A stretch of DNA of 64,000 nt from NCBI GenBank assembly GCA_030248215.1, contig JASANG010003765.1:310001-374000 (forward strand). Direction: 5' to 3'. A model generated the notes under the pieces. That model ran no database searches and was not told where the DNA came from. It saw only the letters and a program-made list of their open reading frames with translations. This document shows, piece by piece, positions 29,001-40,627 of the stretch. This DNA is from Enoplolaimus lenunculus. Its lineage: Eukaryota. Made by a program: the position numbers and the translations under genes. Position 1 is the stretch's first letter, and each line of letters opens with the position of its first letter.

Positions 29001-31085
29001 AAAAGTCACAATAGATAGTAAAGTGTCCCGACGACGCTATAGAAAACGATAACGCCTCAAGTTTTGGAGCTGTATAAATTTTGTACCGTACAGTGCCCTC
29101 TCCATACTTGGCTAAACGGTACCCAGATTTTAAACTTTTAAAACATTAAAATATTTGAGTGACTACGTAGCGAAACAATATTTGCAACTTTGCTGACGAA
29201 ATCTGCGTTGTATTCCAATGACGGCCAATGTAAAGATCAGGGGCGGAACGCTTTTCTGCGGGACTAGAATGGAATAAGCTTAAGGTTTAGATTAATTTTT
29301 TGCTTGGCTTAGGCTTAGGATTATGCTCATTCTTATGCTTAGGTTTAGGCTTAGGAATATGCTCATGCTAACGCTTATGCTTAGGCTTAGGATTAGGAAT
29401 ATGCTTATAATACTGATCCGCTCCTGTTCTTTACATTGAGCCAATTGACGAACAAACACGTTTTTAATATTGGGTCACCAGCATTTTACGCCTAATTTCT
29501 ACTTATATACTCTTTTTAAAACCCAAAATTTTTCTGCATATATTCGAAACTTCAGTGTACTAAGTGCAAGAAACTAATGTCACGAGTGTGTACTCAAATT
29601 TTTTACATCAACCATAATTCGTCATTTATATTCTAGTATTTATTTCTTGTTTTAATATTTCGAAACAGTGGATCACATGTCTATTTGGCCGCTGTCAGAG
29701 AAAGTTGCGGATATGTTTCCGTTACGCAGTCAATCAAACTCAATGATTTAACTTTTATTAATTCTATAGTATTGTTGTGTCGTGTTTCGGGAGGACGCTG
29801 ATTGACATCAAATTAATCTAGTTTTTAAACTTTATACGCATGCATGGAAATTGTAATACTAGCGGTATTGAACTAAAAATCTTACTACCGAAACATATCG
29901 TTTTCTATGGCCACATCGGGGCACTTTTCATTCTAGTATAATTGTTAAAGTATATTTTGCATAAATGTAACTGCGCCCAACCCTGTATATTGTAATGTTT
30001 GATGACGCTAAAAATGTTCTGCGTGCAACTGCGTCAATATTTAAGGTGCATCCGTTACACAATTCACCAGATAAGTTGATTGACAGCGAATCCAAGCGTT
30101 TGCTTGCAGATCATCGTACAAAAACTATTGGACGGTCAAGAATAATTCAACAGGTTAACAGATACAAACTGCCTGTTTATAAACCAGTTGCGTAGCCAAC
30201 ACCGCATGTGTCTTTAATATGAGATTTTTTACAATGCGCGCATGCGGGGTTCGTATGAATTACAACGAGACTTGAAGTTATTTTACAGCAGGGGTCAAAC
30301 TTTGTCTGCGGGTAGATCCATCTAGACCCCTCTGCTTACGGTTCTGTAACAACTCTATAAAGGCTTTTAGTTGTTCGCAAAATATTGTGTAGTCATTCGA
30401 TTGCCTGTCTAAAACATTAGACGATTACTAATATTATATTCTAGAAGCTACTTCTACGGAGATTTCACGTGTTATGCAAGAAAAGTTTAAACATACACTG
30501 CAAAAAATGATGAGTCAAATTGACTCTCTCTGAAATAGGCTCTATGGGACTACACAAACTGAGTTAAATTCGACTCCGCCACAGTCAGATTCGACTCAAT
30601 TCACATGTATATATGCCTCTGGCGGAGTGGAGTTTGACTCAGTTTGTGTAGTCCCGTAGAGCCTATTTCTGAGAGAGTCAATCTGACCCACCATTTTTTG
30701 CAGTGTAGCTTACAAATTAGTTTAATCATTCTAAATGTTCCTTTAATACAATTAAGAGAGCCTGAGCTTAAGCCAACTTTACTATAAGTTTCTTGCGAGT
30801 GGATGCTGCAGTTGTAAAGTCAACGCTTGTTGTGGAAAACTGTCGGTAGCAAAATTGCAGCAAATTATGATACTAAATCGCAAAAACAACCCGTAATTAA
30901 TAAGTTTTTTCGTGTTTTAGCGCCAAATTTTACGCTCAATTCCAGTCGCAATTGTAACTTATGAGTACAAGAAGATAAAGGATAACAATTCAAATGGGAC
31001 AAATCCTGACCGTCAATTTATTGTTTATGGCAAAGAACGATGCGTTTACGTGACCAAATACCCGAGCAAATGTACTATTATATAG
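20057..31085 (+). CDS. SSUH2: SSUH2 (ssu-2 homolog)-like DnaJ-type Cys-rich zinc-finger protein with C-terminal CaaX; spliced, first exon lies upstream
   Basis: Phase-consistent GT-AG exons: 20057-20186 (ICQLTEAEALEALAREVK...), 21203-21263 (YTLDTQCETRSTAPANEPFP), 22438-22643 (...PWDIECCPSRHFVNERKDIEMPNTASVT), 23421-23655, 23978-24140, 25636-25728, 26037-26139, 30046-30153, 30921-31085 (...FIVYGKERCVYVTKYPSKCTII*). Six CxxCxGxG repeats, the 'ETRS...EPF' and 'PWDI' motifs and the 'YP.KC.II' end match the SSUH2 family from memory. Confidence 0.85.
20263..20695 (-). mobile_element. Family A MITE, ~430 bp, in an SSUH2 intron
   Basis: TA|GTGTAGTGACCCGAG ... TTATTCGGGTCACTACAG|TA; internal sequence shared with the copies at 5070 and 57114. 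Confidence 0.85.
21731..21765. repeat. (TTTG)n microsatellite
   Basis: Direct read. Confidence 0.95.
24436..25174. mobile_element. Family C MITE with an expanded 9-bp minisatellite (TGTCCCAAC/TGTCCCATC, 24548-25061), in an SSUH2 intron
   Basis: Termini GGCCCCATTTTACTATAAAGGCCGTCCC ... GGGACGGCCCTTAAAGTAACATTGACC; shorter relatives at 41684 and 55992. Confidence 0.85.
27078..27581 (+). repeat. ~240-bp tandem duplication, each unit with a tRNA-like A/B-box segment
   Basis: Units start at 27078 and 27317 (TTATGTGATTTTCCGACG); each has TGGCTGAGTGG (A box), with GGTTCAAGTCC (B box) intact in the first and degenerate in the second. Confidence 0.85.
28757..29937. repeat. Long inverted repeat, arms 28757-28993 and 29701-29937
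   Basis: By-eye comparison found no mismatch over ~237 bp; the spacer holds a diverged third copy (~29020-29195) and a family B MITE. Confidence 0.92.
29223..29442 (+). mobile_element. MITE with GGCCAATGTAAAGA TIRs carrying degenerate TTAGGC arrays (family B)
   Basis: GGCCAATGTAAAGATCAGGGGCGGA ... TCCGCTCCTGTTCTTTACATTGAGCC; internal GGCTTAGGCTTAGG blocks. Confidence 0.85.
30496..30705. mobile_element. ~210-bp palindromic MITE, family E, in the last SSUH2 intron
   Basis: TA|CACTGCAAAAAATG ... CATTTTTTGCAGTG|TA with ~90-bp inverted arms. Confidence 0.9.
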
Positions 31086-32352
31086 AAACGAAGGAAAAAA
31101 TGATTGTCAGATCTGTTGATGGATAGCAGGGACGTATACAATGGAGATGATAGAGAGCATATATCCTTCTCTGAAAAATCCTCGCTGTGCGCCTAGCAGA
31201 CAGACACGTTCTCGCTGTGAGGATCCATGATTGATCTTTAATATAATATAAACACGCAGATATATGACGTAGGACATACGTGCCCGTAGTCTCAAATTCA
31301 TGTAACATTTATTGCTCTGTTGGTAATAGGCTGTGTGATGCCGTTAACCAGCAATTGCCACTAGCAATCTAGAGAGAGACTCAGCTGGCAAGATAAATAA
31401 ACATTAAATTTTTTAACGCTGTAGATGAATTTTACGTTCAAGAACGGAAGACGTTCGTAAAATGGGGGTTACCTTCCATCGCGCACCTCGGTAGTTGCGG
31501 CTTTGGGCATTGTAAACCTAGTGAACAATGAGGTTAGAAGTTTACTTAATACCACAACTTTTGCGCTTAACCTCTTCAGTATTATTTCAGATAAGGTGAT
31601 GTCACAGTTTGCTTGTTTTGAATTCGCATTCTTTACTGGTAATGGGTTTTGCAAACAGGGGAGAATATGTCTGCTTATGCGGCGTTCGCGTTAACTGGGT
31701 CAGCCAGAAATACGTTTGTCTCTACTACGAAAGCGGGTAACAATTTTTGTGCACGTTATTTCGCTGTCAAATTCAGCGAAATTTTTGTTGTCTGTTACCC
31801 TCATGTGACAATCACCATTTGTGCTGCAATATCATACAGTATTCTGCGTATTCACTGCTTGTATATATGTTTCTAAGTGTTAGCATACCTGAAGTAACGT
31901 AACCAAATTGTCCTGTTGAATATCATATTACTAGAATTTGAAATTTGTATTTCTTGTAGTTAGAAATCTATTTAGGAAAATTTGTCGCAAATGGGTCCTC
32001 CATATTATATTCGTTTTTCAGCGCCCCATCTTTTTGATCGCCCCTTTGCTTGTGCAATATTTGTTGTGTTCTCAGGTTATTTGAAAACCACGGAGACAAG
32101 CAAAACTGCATAAAAAGGCATTTTGATATTTCACAACGCTTACTGTACAGTGTTGGTTTTTTCACATAGGCGTTCGGAAGGGACTTAAAATGTATGTATG
32201 TCTGATTTAAATAGGTGTTGGATATATGTAAAAGAGTGTGACTACTGTTGCGACATCCGTTCTATGCACTCAGCACAAGTTGGGCTCATATTCTGACATG
32301 TGTATAGCAGGTGTCATCAGTTAACGGTAGATTTTCCATACGATAAATACAT

Positions 32353-32810
32353 AGAGTAGTGACCCCTATGTAAAGATCAGCGGCGACACGTTTTTCTGTA
32401 GGACGAGAAAAGAGTAAGCTTAAACTTCAGACTAATTTTTTGCTTGGCTTAGGCATACGCTTAGGGTTAGGCTTAGGAATGTGCTCATTCTTACGCTTAG
32501 GCTTAGGTTTAGCAATATGCGTATAATACTGTTCCGCCCCTGTTCTTTACATTGGCCGAAACTTTAAATAGTACTTAAATTTTGAAAGTAAATTCCCAAG
32601 TATAACCTTGCATGATCGCTCAAGCTATTGACACGACAAATAAACGTTTAATTCAACGGATAACTGCAGTACCTAATATGTATCAGTAACGAAGGGTGGC
32701 GGAGCGTCGATAAAATAATTAAAAGTCCGTAACCGAATAATAGGGGGGAGGGGTACCCAACCACTGAAGAGGCCAAAAATATCAATCCCCCCGTATTCGG
32801 GTCACTACAG
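32353..32810 (-). mobile_element. Family A MITE interrupted by a TTAGGC-bearing MITE (~32365-32557)
   Basis: GTAGTGACCC left end, then ATGTAAAGATC...CTTTACATTGGCC, then the family A body to GGGTCACTACAG|TA. Confidence 0.8.
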
Positions 32811-34009
32811 TACGATTGTTGCCAAATTTTCACTGTAGGTAAATCCCGTGGGGTACATTCTATTAATCCCCTTGCATGTGGGCCTTGCTGTACTGGATAA
32901 TTTTCGTTTCGCCATTGCAATATTTACTTGCGGTATCACACAGCCGAATCGAATTGTTTATAGGCGCGAACTTTTAAATCGCCAAAGCCTATTTGCAATC
33001 ACATAAATACTTCTGTTTCTCCAGCATGTGGAATAAGACTATTTTTACAATTAAGTATTCGCCTAGTCGCATCCTGATTATTAAAACTATTTCAGGTTTA
33101 TTAAAACAAGAATAAATTAATAACCAAGGAAAATTGGGAAACTTTATAATATTATAACTAACATAAAAGTATGCGAAATCCATTTAAATCATTCTAAGGC
33201 CAAAATCCTTACTACAACAATAACAACAACCAACAACAACTACAAAGTTTAATAATCTTCGCGTCGCGTATATGATCAAACAGGAGTAGCAAATGTTGCT
33301 CTCCGGCACTATTGCTGTCCCGTGGGAAAACTTGAAGCCCCTGAAAGCAACATGGGCCATCGCGAAGGTCGTTTTTGATTGTTTCATGGTTTTACATATT
33401 TCAGAGAATATAAATACCAGTCCTGTAGCCTGCCCGTAAAATCAGAAGAGGTCCAAAAGTTTTAGAAGGTGAATAATGAGATTTCTGTTATTTTTATAAG
33501 CGGGACCAAAAGTTTTTCAACCGGGCTTCAAATTTCGTACATTAATTGATCCTGTACCTAGTCCCCATCTATCGAAGATTTCGTCGTATATTTGTTCTAT
33601 CTTTGATCTGGCATGAAAATTGACAGTAGACATCCTCAGGTTATTATTTTCATTTCTATTAGGTATTTAGTTTAAAACACTGTCCTGGACAGGAAAATTG
33701 ATTGCCATGTTGCGTTCGCCAATATAGTTTTCGCGGCATGACAGAAATTCTGTTTGGAAAAATATATGGCAGACTAGAACACACTTGCAAGGCCGATCTG
33801 GGTATATTTTCGAAAAATAGATGTAGCAACTATAACAGTTTGCGCACAATATAACTATTAATGATATGTGTCATATGTGTTGATTCATTGCCTTCGGCTA
33901 TGGCACACCTTCAAATAGTTAAAATGGCTTATGCTACTCTAAGGAGCGTACCGCTGATTCGTGGAACAGCAATAAGCCCGGAGTAACGGTAGTTTCCTGC
34001 AACCTATAT

Positions 34010-34220
34010 TTTTGTTGGATCGGTCGAAAGGCTTCGGGACTATGATTTTATTGGGTTGGTCGAAAAGCTCGAGCCTGTGTTTTTGCTGATCGGATGGGGC
34101 AGTTTCGACCAGTTTCAAGCTAGTGTGGGACAACGTAGAACCTATCATTTTGCTGGGTCGGTCGAAACAGGTTCGAGCCTAAATAGTTGCCTTTATTGGT
34201 TTTCCAGAAATTTCGGAACG

Positions 34221-34261
<41 letters not shown>

Positions 34262-34980
34262 CATTTTATCTGTCCCCTTGAATACGTCCCTGATATGTAT
34301 ATGTATATATGCGTATATGCATGTACATATGTTTTGTTTATATGTTATATTATGTCGAATCTGTCCGTCCCGGTTGCACGACCCAGCGAAAATACAGGTC
34401 GAACTATCCCGGCCGACCCAGCGAAATCACAGACTCGAAGATGTCCTGATGGCCCCGCTCAAACAAGAAAGAACACGCTTGAACCTGGCTGTTTCGCTGA
34501 CCCGGCAAAACAAAAAGCTTAAAGCTTTTCCGGCTGTTCCGACCTGCCCAACGAAAACATTGGCTCGAAACTGTCCTGGCTATCCTAACCCAATGAAAAC
34601 ATACAGGCTCGAAAACTTTCCCAGCCGACCCAGAGAAAACTAGGCTCGAAGTTGTACCGGTAGACCAAACAAAAACGCTGGTTCGAAACTATCCCGGCAG
34701 ATCCAGATAAAACGTGGGCTCGAGCTGTCATGGCTGTCCCGCCCGACCCAGCAAAAATGTAGACTTGAAGCTGTCCCGGCGGCCGACCCAACGAAAACAT
34801 AGCCTCAAAGTAGTCCCATCTGTCATGGCCGACCCAGCGAAATCATGAGCTCGAAGTTTATGTCTTGTCTACCTAGCCGAACTCAGCAAGGACATAAGAA
34901 TCGAAGCTTTCCTGGAGGTGCCGGCCGACCCAAATAAAATATAGGTCCGAAGCCGTCCTGCCTGTCCCGCCCGACCCTAT
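34010..34980. repeat. Family D minisatellite blocks in opposite orientations around a (TA)n tract (34223-34258)
   Basis: TTTTGCTGGGTCGG-type units on the left, CCGACCCAGCGAAAA...CTCGAAGCTGTCCC units on the right. Confidence 0.8.
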
Positions 34981-37011
34981 CCACTGAGCCACGCCGCCTC
35001 ACCATCAACTGCTGAGTTTTTCTGCTTTTATGCCTTATAAGAACCTCAGCATTATACACATGTATCTTGGTTCTATGTTTTACTGCTGCTGCATATGAAG
35101 GCACTACATATGCAGCAGTGTTTTTACCGATGTACAGCATTAGTATGACGTTATTATTTACCTCCATACATCCGCATGTCACATGCCCCGGTTTTTCTAC
35201 AAGGTCTTCCCTTGACCGCCAACTTATGTATTTTAGGATCTACCGCGGCAGTTAACCATGCGGTCCCATCGTGGTCACCATGTGATAAGTTGTCCCATCG
35301 TGGTCACCATGTCGGATTTTCAAGTAATGACCAAGTTCGGGATCTATGATGATAGCGTATTCGCCCGTCACCAACGGCACGGCCGGTTTTAACTGAAGAA
35401 CGTTTTACATGAACAGGCACAGTTATGGTATACAGTTTACCATATTATTCTATGGTAGTTGAAGTTACGGATTGAACACGGCGGCGACTAGGTTAAATCC
35501 AAAGCCTAAAATGTTTGCGTAGATGGTTTTACTAGTTCTTGGGTTATTCACCGTGTCACTGTACTATTCGGAGTTTGAAGTAAATTATCTACGCGTGCGA
35601 TAAAAGAGACAGAATCCGAGAACCGGTGTACCCGTTAATCGCGCCGCCTAAATGTTACCGGCTCCGGCGCCTAACACACTGGGCTCGGAATTACAGAAAT
35701 ATTGTACGCACATGATAGTAAGCTCTAAATTCAATCGTAAAGCAACTTGCTGACCAAAGTTCTAACTCACGATCTCCGATGCTTGCCATGTTCCGAAATA
35801 CAAAATTAACCCAAACAGTATTTCAAGCCTGATATGGAAATAACACAATTCTTATTACCAAAACCAAAAATACACAATTGTTCTTACAATTTTTCAAAAC
35901 TAGCCTGACTATACACATTTCGGGCTAGTCGCCCACACATACAAAATTTGCATCCAGTTTACCAGATTAATTCTATTGAACAGTTGACTAAGTCATTTAA
36001 TTCTGGAAAAATGGCGTGAATGCAACAAATTTAATTTGTTGACATCGTCGATAAATTTGTGCAGTCGGAAATTTCTCATGGTACTGTCCGGCTTCGTAAT
36101 AGTATCATAGCTAGGGACGTGAAATATCAAGTGTTAAGGGGAATGAACTATAGTAACATGTCGAAATTCGCATTGTTTTGTGCTGCTATAACGATTATGT
36201 TCTGGGCGGGATCTGTAGTAGATAAGTTAAAGTATAAGAATGGAACGGCGAAATTGTAAAGTAAGAGGCTGCCTGTTTAGCCAGGTAACACAATGTGCAT
36301 TGCATGTATTGCATATATTTACTCTAGGACAAGCATGCCTCATGCTTACAGGGTTGTATCGCAACAATCTGTCAAAATTTCTGTTTGTTAATCGGTCGCT
36401 CAAAGAGCGCTGGGTTTCTGCCAGGTATTGGAGCTGATGTCAATGCAGTAATTGTCGGATATATATAATAAAGCTTTGACTAAACACACAATGATGATTC
36501 AACAACTAAATCTTGTCTATGCGTAATGCCTAAATATCTAAGCTTGCTTGTATATGCGACCTTATCGAACAATTTATAATTTTCTTGCTTTTATTTGAAC
36601 CCCAGTTTGCACGGGACTGTTAAGGCAGTATATATACATATATAAGGACCCGTGTTCTGAAATGCGAACAGCATTTGTTATCAGATAGTCGGTTTTCAAA
36701 CTGACGAACTTCTGCAATTGCGGATCTCAAAATTGATAAAGAAACAGAAGTAGGGCAAATCAATTGCGAACAATTTGCTGAATTTCGAATCTCACAATGC
36801 TATAGATGTAATGTTACAAGATTTATCACCAAGTACAATTGGTAATAGGTGCTACACACATTTGAGAATACGGCCAAGCGTGTACAGTTGTAGACTTCCA
36901 CATATCTATCACATCTCTAATTCGATAGATTAATACTATGAGCATGGTGCTACTTTCAACGTATTAGATCTTTCGGTGCCTACTAGTTAATGAATAGGAA
37001 TAAACAACGCT

Positions 37012-40000
37012 ATGGCCAAAAGGAGCGATGTAGTAGTTGATGTGGTCCCGTTAGATGGTTTGTGCGTTAATTGCTACGAACCTTTAGGCGCAATATTCGC
37101 CACTTGTGTTCAATGCAAGGAAACGGAGTCAAACACTGGAACGAGTGTGGTTCGTATTAATTTATGCACACAGTGCTTTTCGTGTGGCGTTGAATTGCGT
37201 ACACACAAACGAAATCATCCGTATAAAATCGTGAACGTTTCTGGAGCCCCTTTGTTTAAGCCAAACCGGCGCTCGCCTTATTCCAATAGACAGTGGGGTG
37301 TCAAAGAAGATTTAGCGTTGCTGGAAACTGTTGATAGATATAATTTAGGCAATTGGGAAGATGTTGTCAAGAAGATAGCTCCTTACGGCTCAGGCGGTGT
37401 GGAACGAACACCGAAGGAGGTATTAATTTTAGTTTCCTTGTTTAGTTGCTGTGTCTCTGTAATAGAATATTGTGCGATTGTGGCATATGAGGCCGATGCG
37501 TTGCTTCGCTAATATCCTATTACAAGAATCAGTGGAGTAAAATGCTGTTTGTAGCTATTCTGTGTAATTGGAAGTTGATTGGCTAAATGCAAGACATTAA
37601 TTTTATGTTTAGGCGAAACATCATTATGATCTCTATTATATCCGCGGTCGTATTGGGCGCGGGTCACTACGCCTGTTCAATACTGCGGCGGAAGTTATCG
37701 ATCACACTGATCCCATTCCACCAACGTTTGGCGCTGCCATCAGCCTGCTCTCTGCTCAGGTGTCTCCACCTGTCAAAGTAAAACTTCTTGGAAATTTAAG
37801 TTGTGGGGCGCTTTGGATTACTTTTAATTGCAGTCCGTTCAGCGAATTAAAATGGTAAAAATTGCAACTATAGGCATAGGCCGAAAGCAAACTTAAACGA
37901 AGAAGAACGAAACACTGTAATGAATCTTAAAACCTGGAAACCTTATTAACTTACTCAGGGTCTCAGTTTTGATCAGAAACCGCTCTTAAATGCATTGAAG
38001 TACTGATTGTATTTTGTGTTTAGGAAAAAACATTCAAGCAAAACCCTGACGATCTCAAATTGCTTGCATACATGCCACATCGCGATGATTATGAGAAGGA
38101 ATGGCAGAATGAAATGGAAGATATAATTACAGGATTAACGGCATCACAAGATGATGATGACTGCGATCGTGCAGTAACCCTTGCGTTAGTGGATCGCTAT
38201 AGGAGATTGGTAAGATAGCATGCGTTACGTACGCTCTTAAGGTTCTGCTTTAGTTTTGCACAGCAGGGTGTAACTGGAATTACGGTTATGTTTCCGGTAA
38301 ATTTTTCTTCAAATTCGGTTCCGGTAAATTACAATTCCGGTTGCACCCTGTTTTTTAAGTCGAACTTTTTACGTACGTGTTACAGTTGTTATATTTCGTT
38401 ATGAAGGCTGTTACATGCAATTCTCTTCTGGGTGCCTGAGTAACCAATTACGCTGAAGGTATTTTTTATATATTTTCACTGTTCAGGGCTATGAGCGTCG
38501 ACATAGAAAAGCAATTGCTCGTGATTATTTGTTAGTTCCACAGTTTCTGAAAAAAGTGAAACCGGAAATAGTTAAAGGCCCTTTGTGTAAGTTTGATTTT
38601 GCCGTTTTTGGTCACAGGGATTATTCGATACGCAATGGGTACATGTTTTGATTATAATGTGAGTGACGTTTTATACTCTATTAAAATGGTATCTAGCTTC
38701 TATGGCGCTCTTGCCCCCGTCACCCTCTGAAATTAAAATTAAGTAGCCTCCTCGATTTTTTAGCATTGCATAGGCACTGGCAACTTACTGTACCGGGTGT
38801 TTCAGAAGTAACTACCTACTGTTTGATGCTAACTATCGGTTGACTGGGCAGAGGTAGCTCGCCTGTTTTTTGTATAATTATAGACAAGTAGTAAAAGTTT
38901 ATTTAAATTACGACGAGAGATGTCAGAACAGCTCCGTCTGTGCACCGCCAAGCTGAATGCATTTCTCCAGTCGGGATGGTACAGATCGGCAAACTTTGGC
39001 GCATAAGTCCACTGGAATTGTTGCAAACACTGATTTTATTCTGTCCATCAATTCTTGAGGGTCCTTCGCCCTACTTCCATAAACATCTTTCACAACATCC
39101 CATAGAAAGAAGTCAGGCGGAGTTAAGTCTGGTGACCTAGCTGGCTACTCGATGGCACCTGTGCGGCCGATCCATCGATTCGGGAACCTTTCGTCCAGCC
39201 AAGCGCGGACTTCGGTTGCGTAGTGATCAGGGGTTCCGTCATGCATGAAAACAAGGTAAAAGTACCAAATAGCTGGTTTTATTGACATTTCCGTCAAAAA
39301 AGAATGGGCCAACGACGCCTTGGCTTCAAGTTAAGCTCCTTGTAAAGGCGCCAAACGGAAGTATGAGGAATACCCAGCTGGAGGGAAGCCCTTCGAGTTG
39401 ACTTCTGGGGGCTCCTGGATACCGCAGCGCTTAATGCAGCTTTCTGGTCCCCACTTGTGGGAGACTTTGGACGACACGGCCTCAGCCGTTCCGCTACACT
39501 ACCAGTGTTCTCGAATCTTTAAATAACATCAGCCATTGTCTTGCGAGTAGGAGGTATTGAGTCGAAATGATTTTTCCACTGGCGTGAGACTTCGGCATAA
39601 TTTCCGTATTTATAGTAAAGTTTTAGAACACATATTTTTTCAGGGAGAGATCGTCGTAGGGAATCCAATGTATAAACAGTATGTATTTATAATAACCTGA
39701 AACATTAAAAACAGCGATGAACAACCATTGTGAAATATTACACCAGAAGATATTTATTGACAAAGTGTGGGTAGTTACTTCTGAAACACCCTGTATATTG
39801 AAAACGTTGAAAATGTGGCATTTTTAGTATGCAAATTCATGTTAAATTATGTTCCTGTTTTCATGAAAACTTTTTGAATATTTTCATAGTAATGAAGAGC
39901 GCACGTGACGAGCGTGACTTACGCGAACGAATGAAGAAGTTTTCGCAGTTTATGCCTTGTATTGATTTCGAAAACTTGGTGATGAAGTGAGTATTGTTTT

Positions 40001-40627
40001 ATTAAAACTGTCAATATTCTCTGGGTCTGGCTCCATGTAATGTGATATTCAGATCAGGTATATATTGTATTCGAACATAACGTACGATCAGAGATGTCGT
40101 GACCAGTAATTTCATTCGTAATGAAAACGAGACAGACTTATAACCGTGACCGCACTAAAAATCAAATGTCGTTGTTACCAAGAACAAGCCATGTCTAACA
40201 AAGTTATTAATTCCAAAACTTTCCATAAATAATTTTACTCAACACGGTCATTGTCTAATTGGGAAACGAATAAAGGTAGCATTGGATGCGGTGCTTGGAA
40301 TTTGTTTGTAGTATTATCAAACAGCGCGCTCTGCAGGCACGAATCGAACGTTTGCAGCAATATAAAGCTGCTGGTGTTACCAGTTTGCAAGGCCGGCAGC
40401 GTGCTTTCGATGTGGAAGAGGTAGTCAAATCACATACACGGCGAAGGAGCAAACGTAAAGTAACGTTCAAAGCAGATATGCAACGACGTAAAAACTTTTA
40501 TCGCTATATGAAATGGCGGAAGTACATGGCTGCGCAAACTGATTGCGGTCGAGCATCCAGCCCACCAGGTGAAAGCGTTAATGGTGGAGGTAGCAATAAC
40601 AATTGCGGATCTGAAACTGAGCTTTGA
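37012..40627 (+). CDS. TADA2B: Transcriptional adapter 2-beta (Ada2b, SAGA HAT module), about 420 aa, 6 exons
   Basis: Exons 37012-37419 (ZZ finger CVNC/CVQC/CTQC/HKRNH and SANT WGVKEDLALLETVDRYNLGNWEDV), 37613-37759 or 37777, 38024-38209 (LAYMPHRDDYEKEWQNEME), 38487-38586 (ERRHRKAIARDYLLVPQFL, TADA2B-like), 39890-39986, 40312-40627 (IERLQQYKAAGVTSL). All junctions GT-AG and phase-consistent. Confidence 0.9.
38263..38350. repeat. Short palindromic element CAGGGTG(T/C)AAC...GTTGCACCCTG with CCGG repeats
   Basis: Inverted ends visible; related half-copies near 43951 and 61178. Confidence 0.55.
38793..39793 (-). mobile_element. Defective DD41D (rosa/Visitor group) Tc1/mariner-superfamily transposon in TADA2B intron 4
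   Basis: TA-flanked ~27-bp TIRs C(A/C)GGGTGTTTCAGAAGTAACTACC. Minus-strand transposase remnants: N-terminal 'PPTRKTM....*RFENTGSV' and C-terminal 'FMHDGTPDHYATEVRAWLDERFPNRWIGRTGAIE*PARSPDLTPPDFFLW', with 41 residues between the 2nd and 3rd catalytic D. Contains in-frame stops and appears internally deleted (~1 kb total). Confidence 0.88.
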
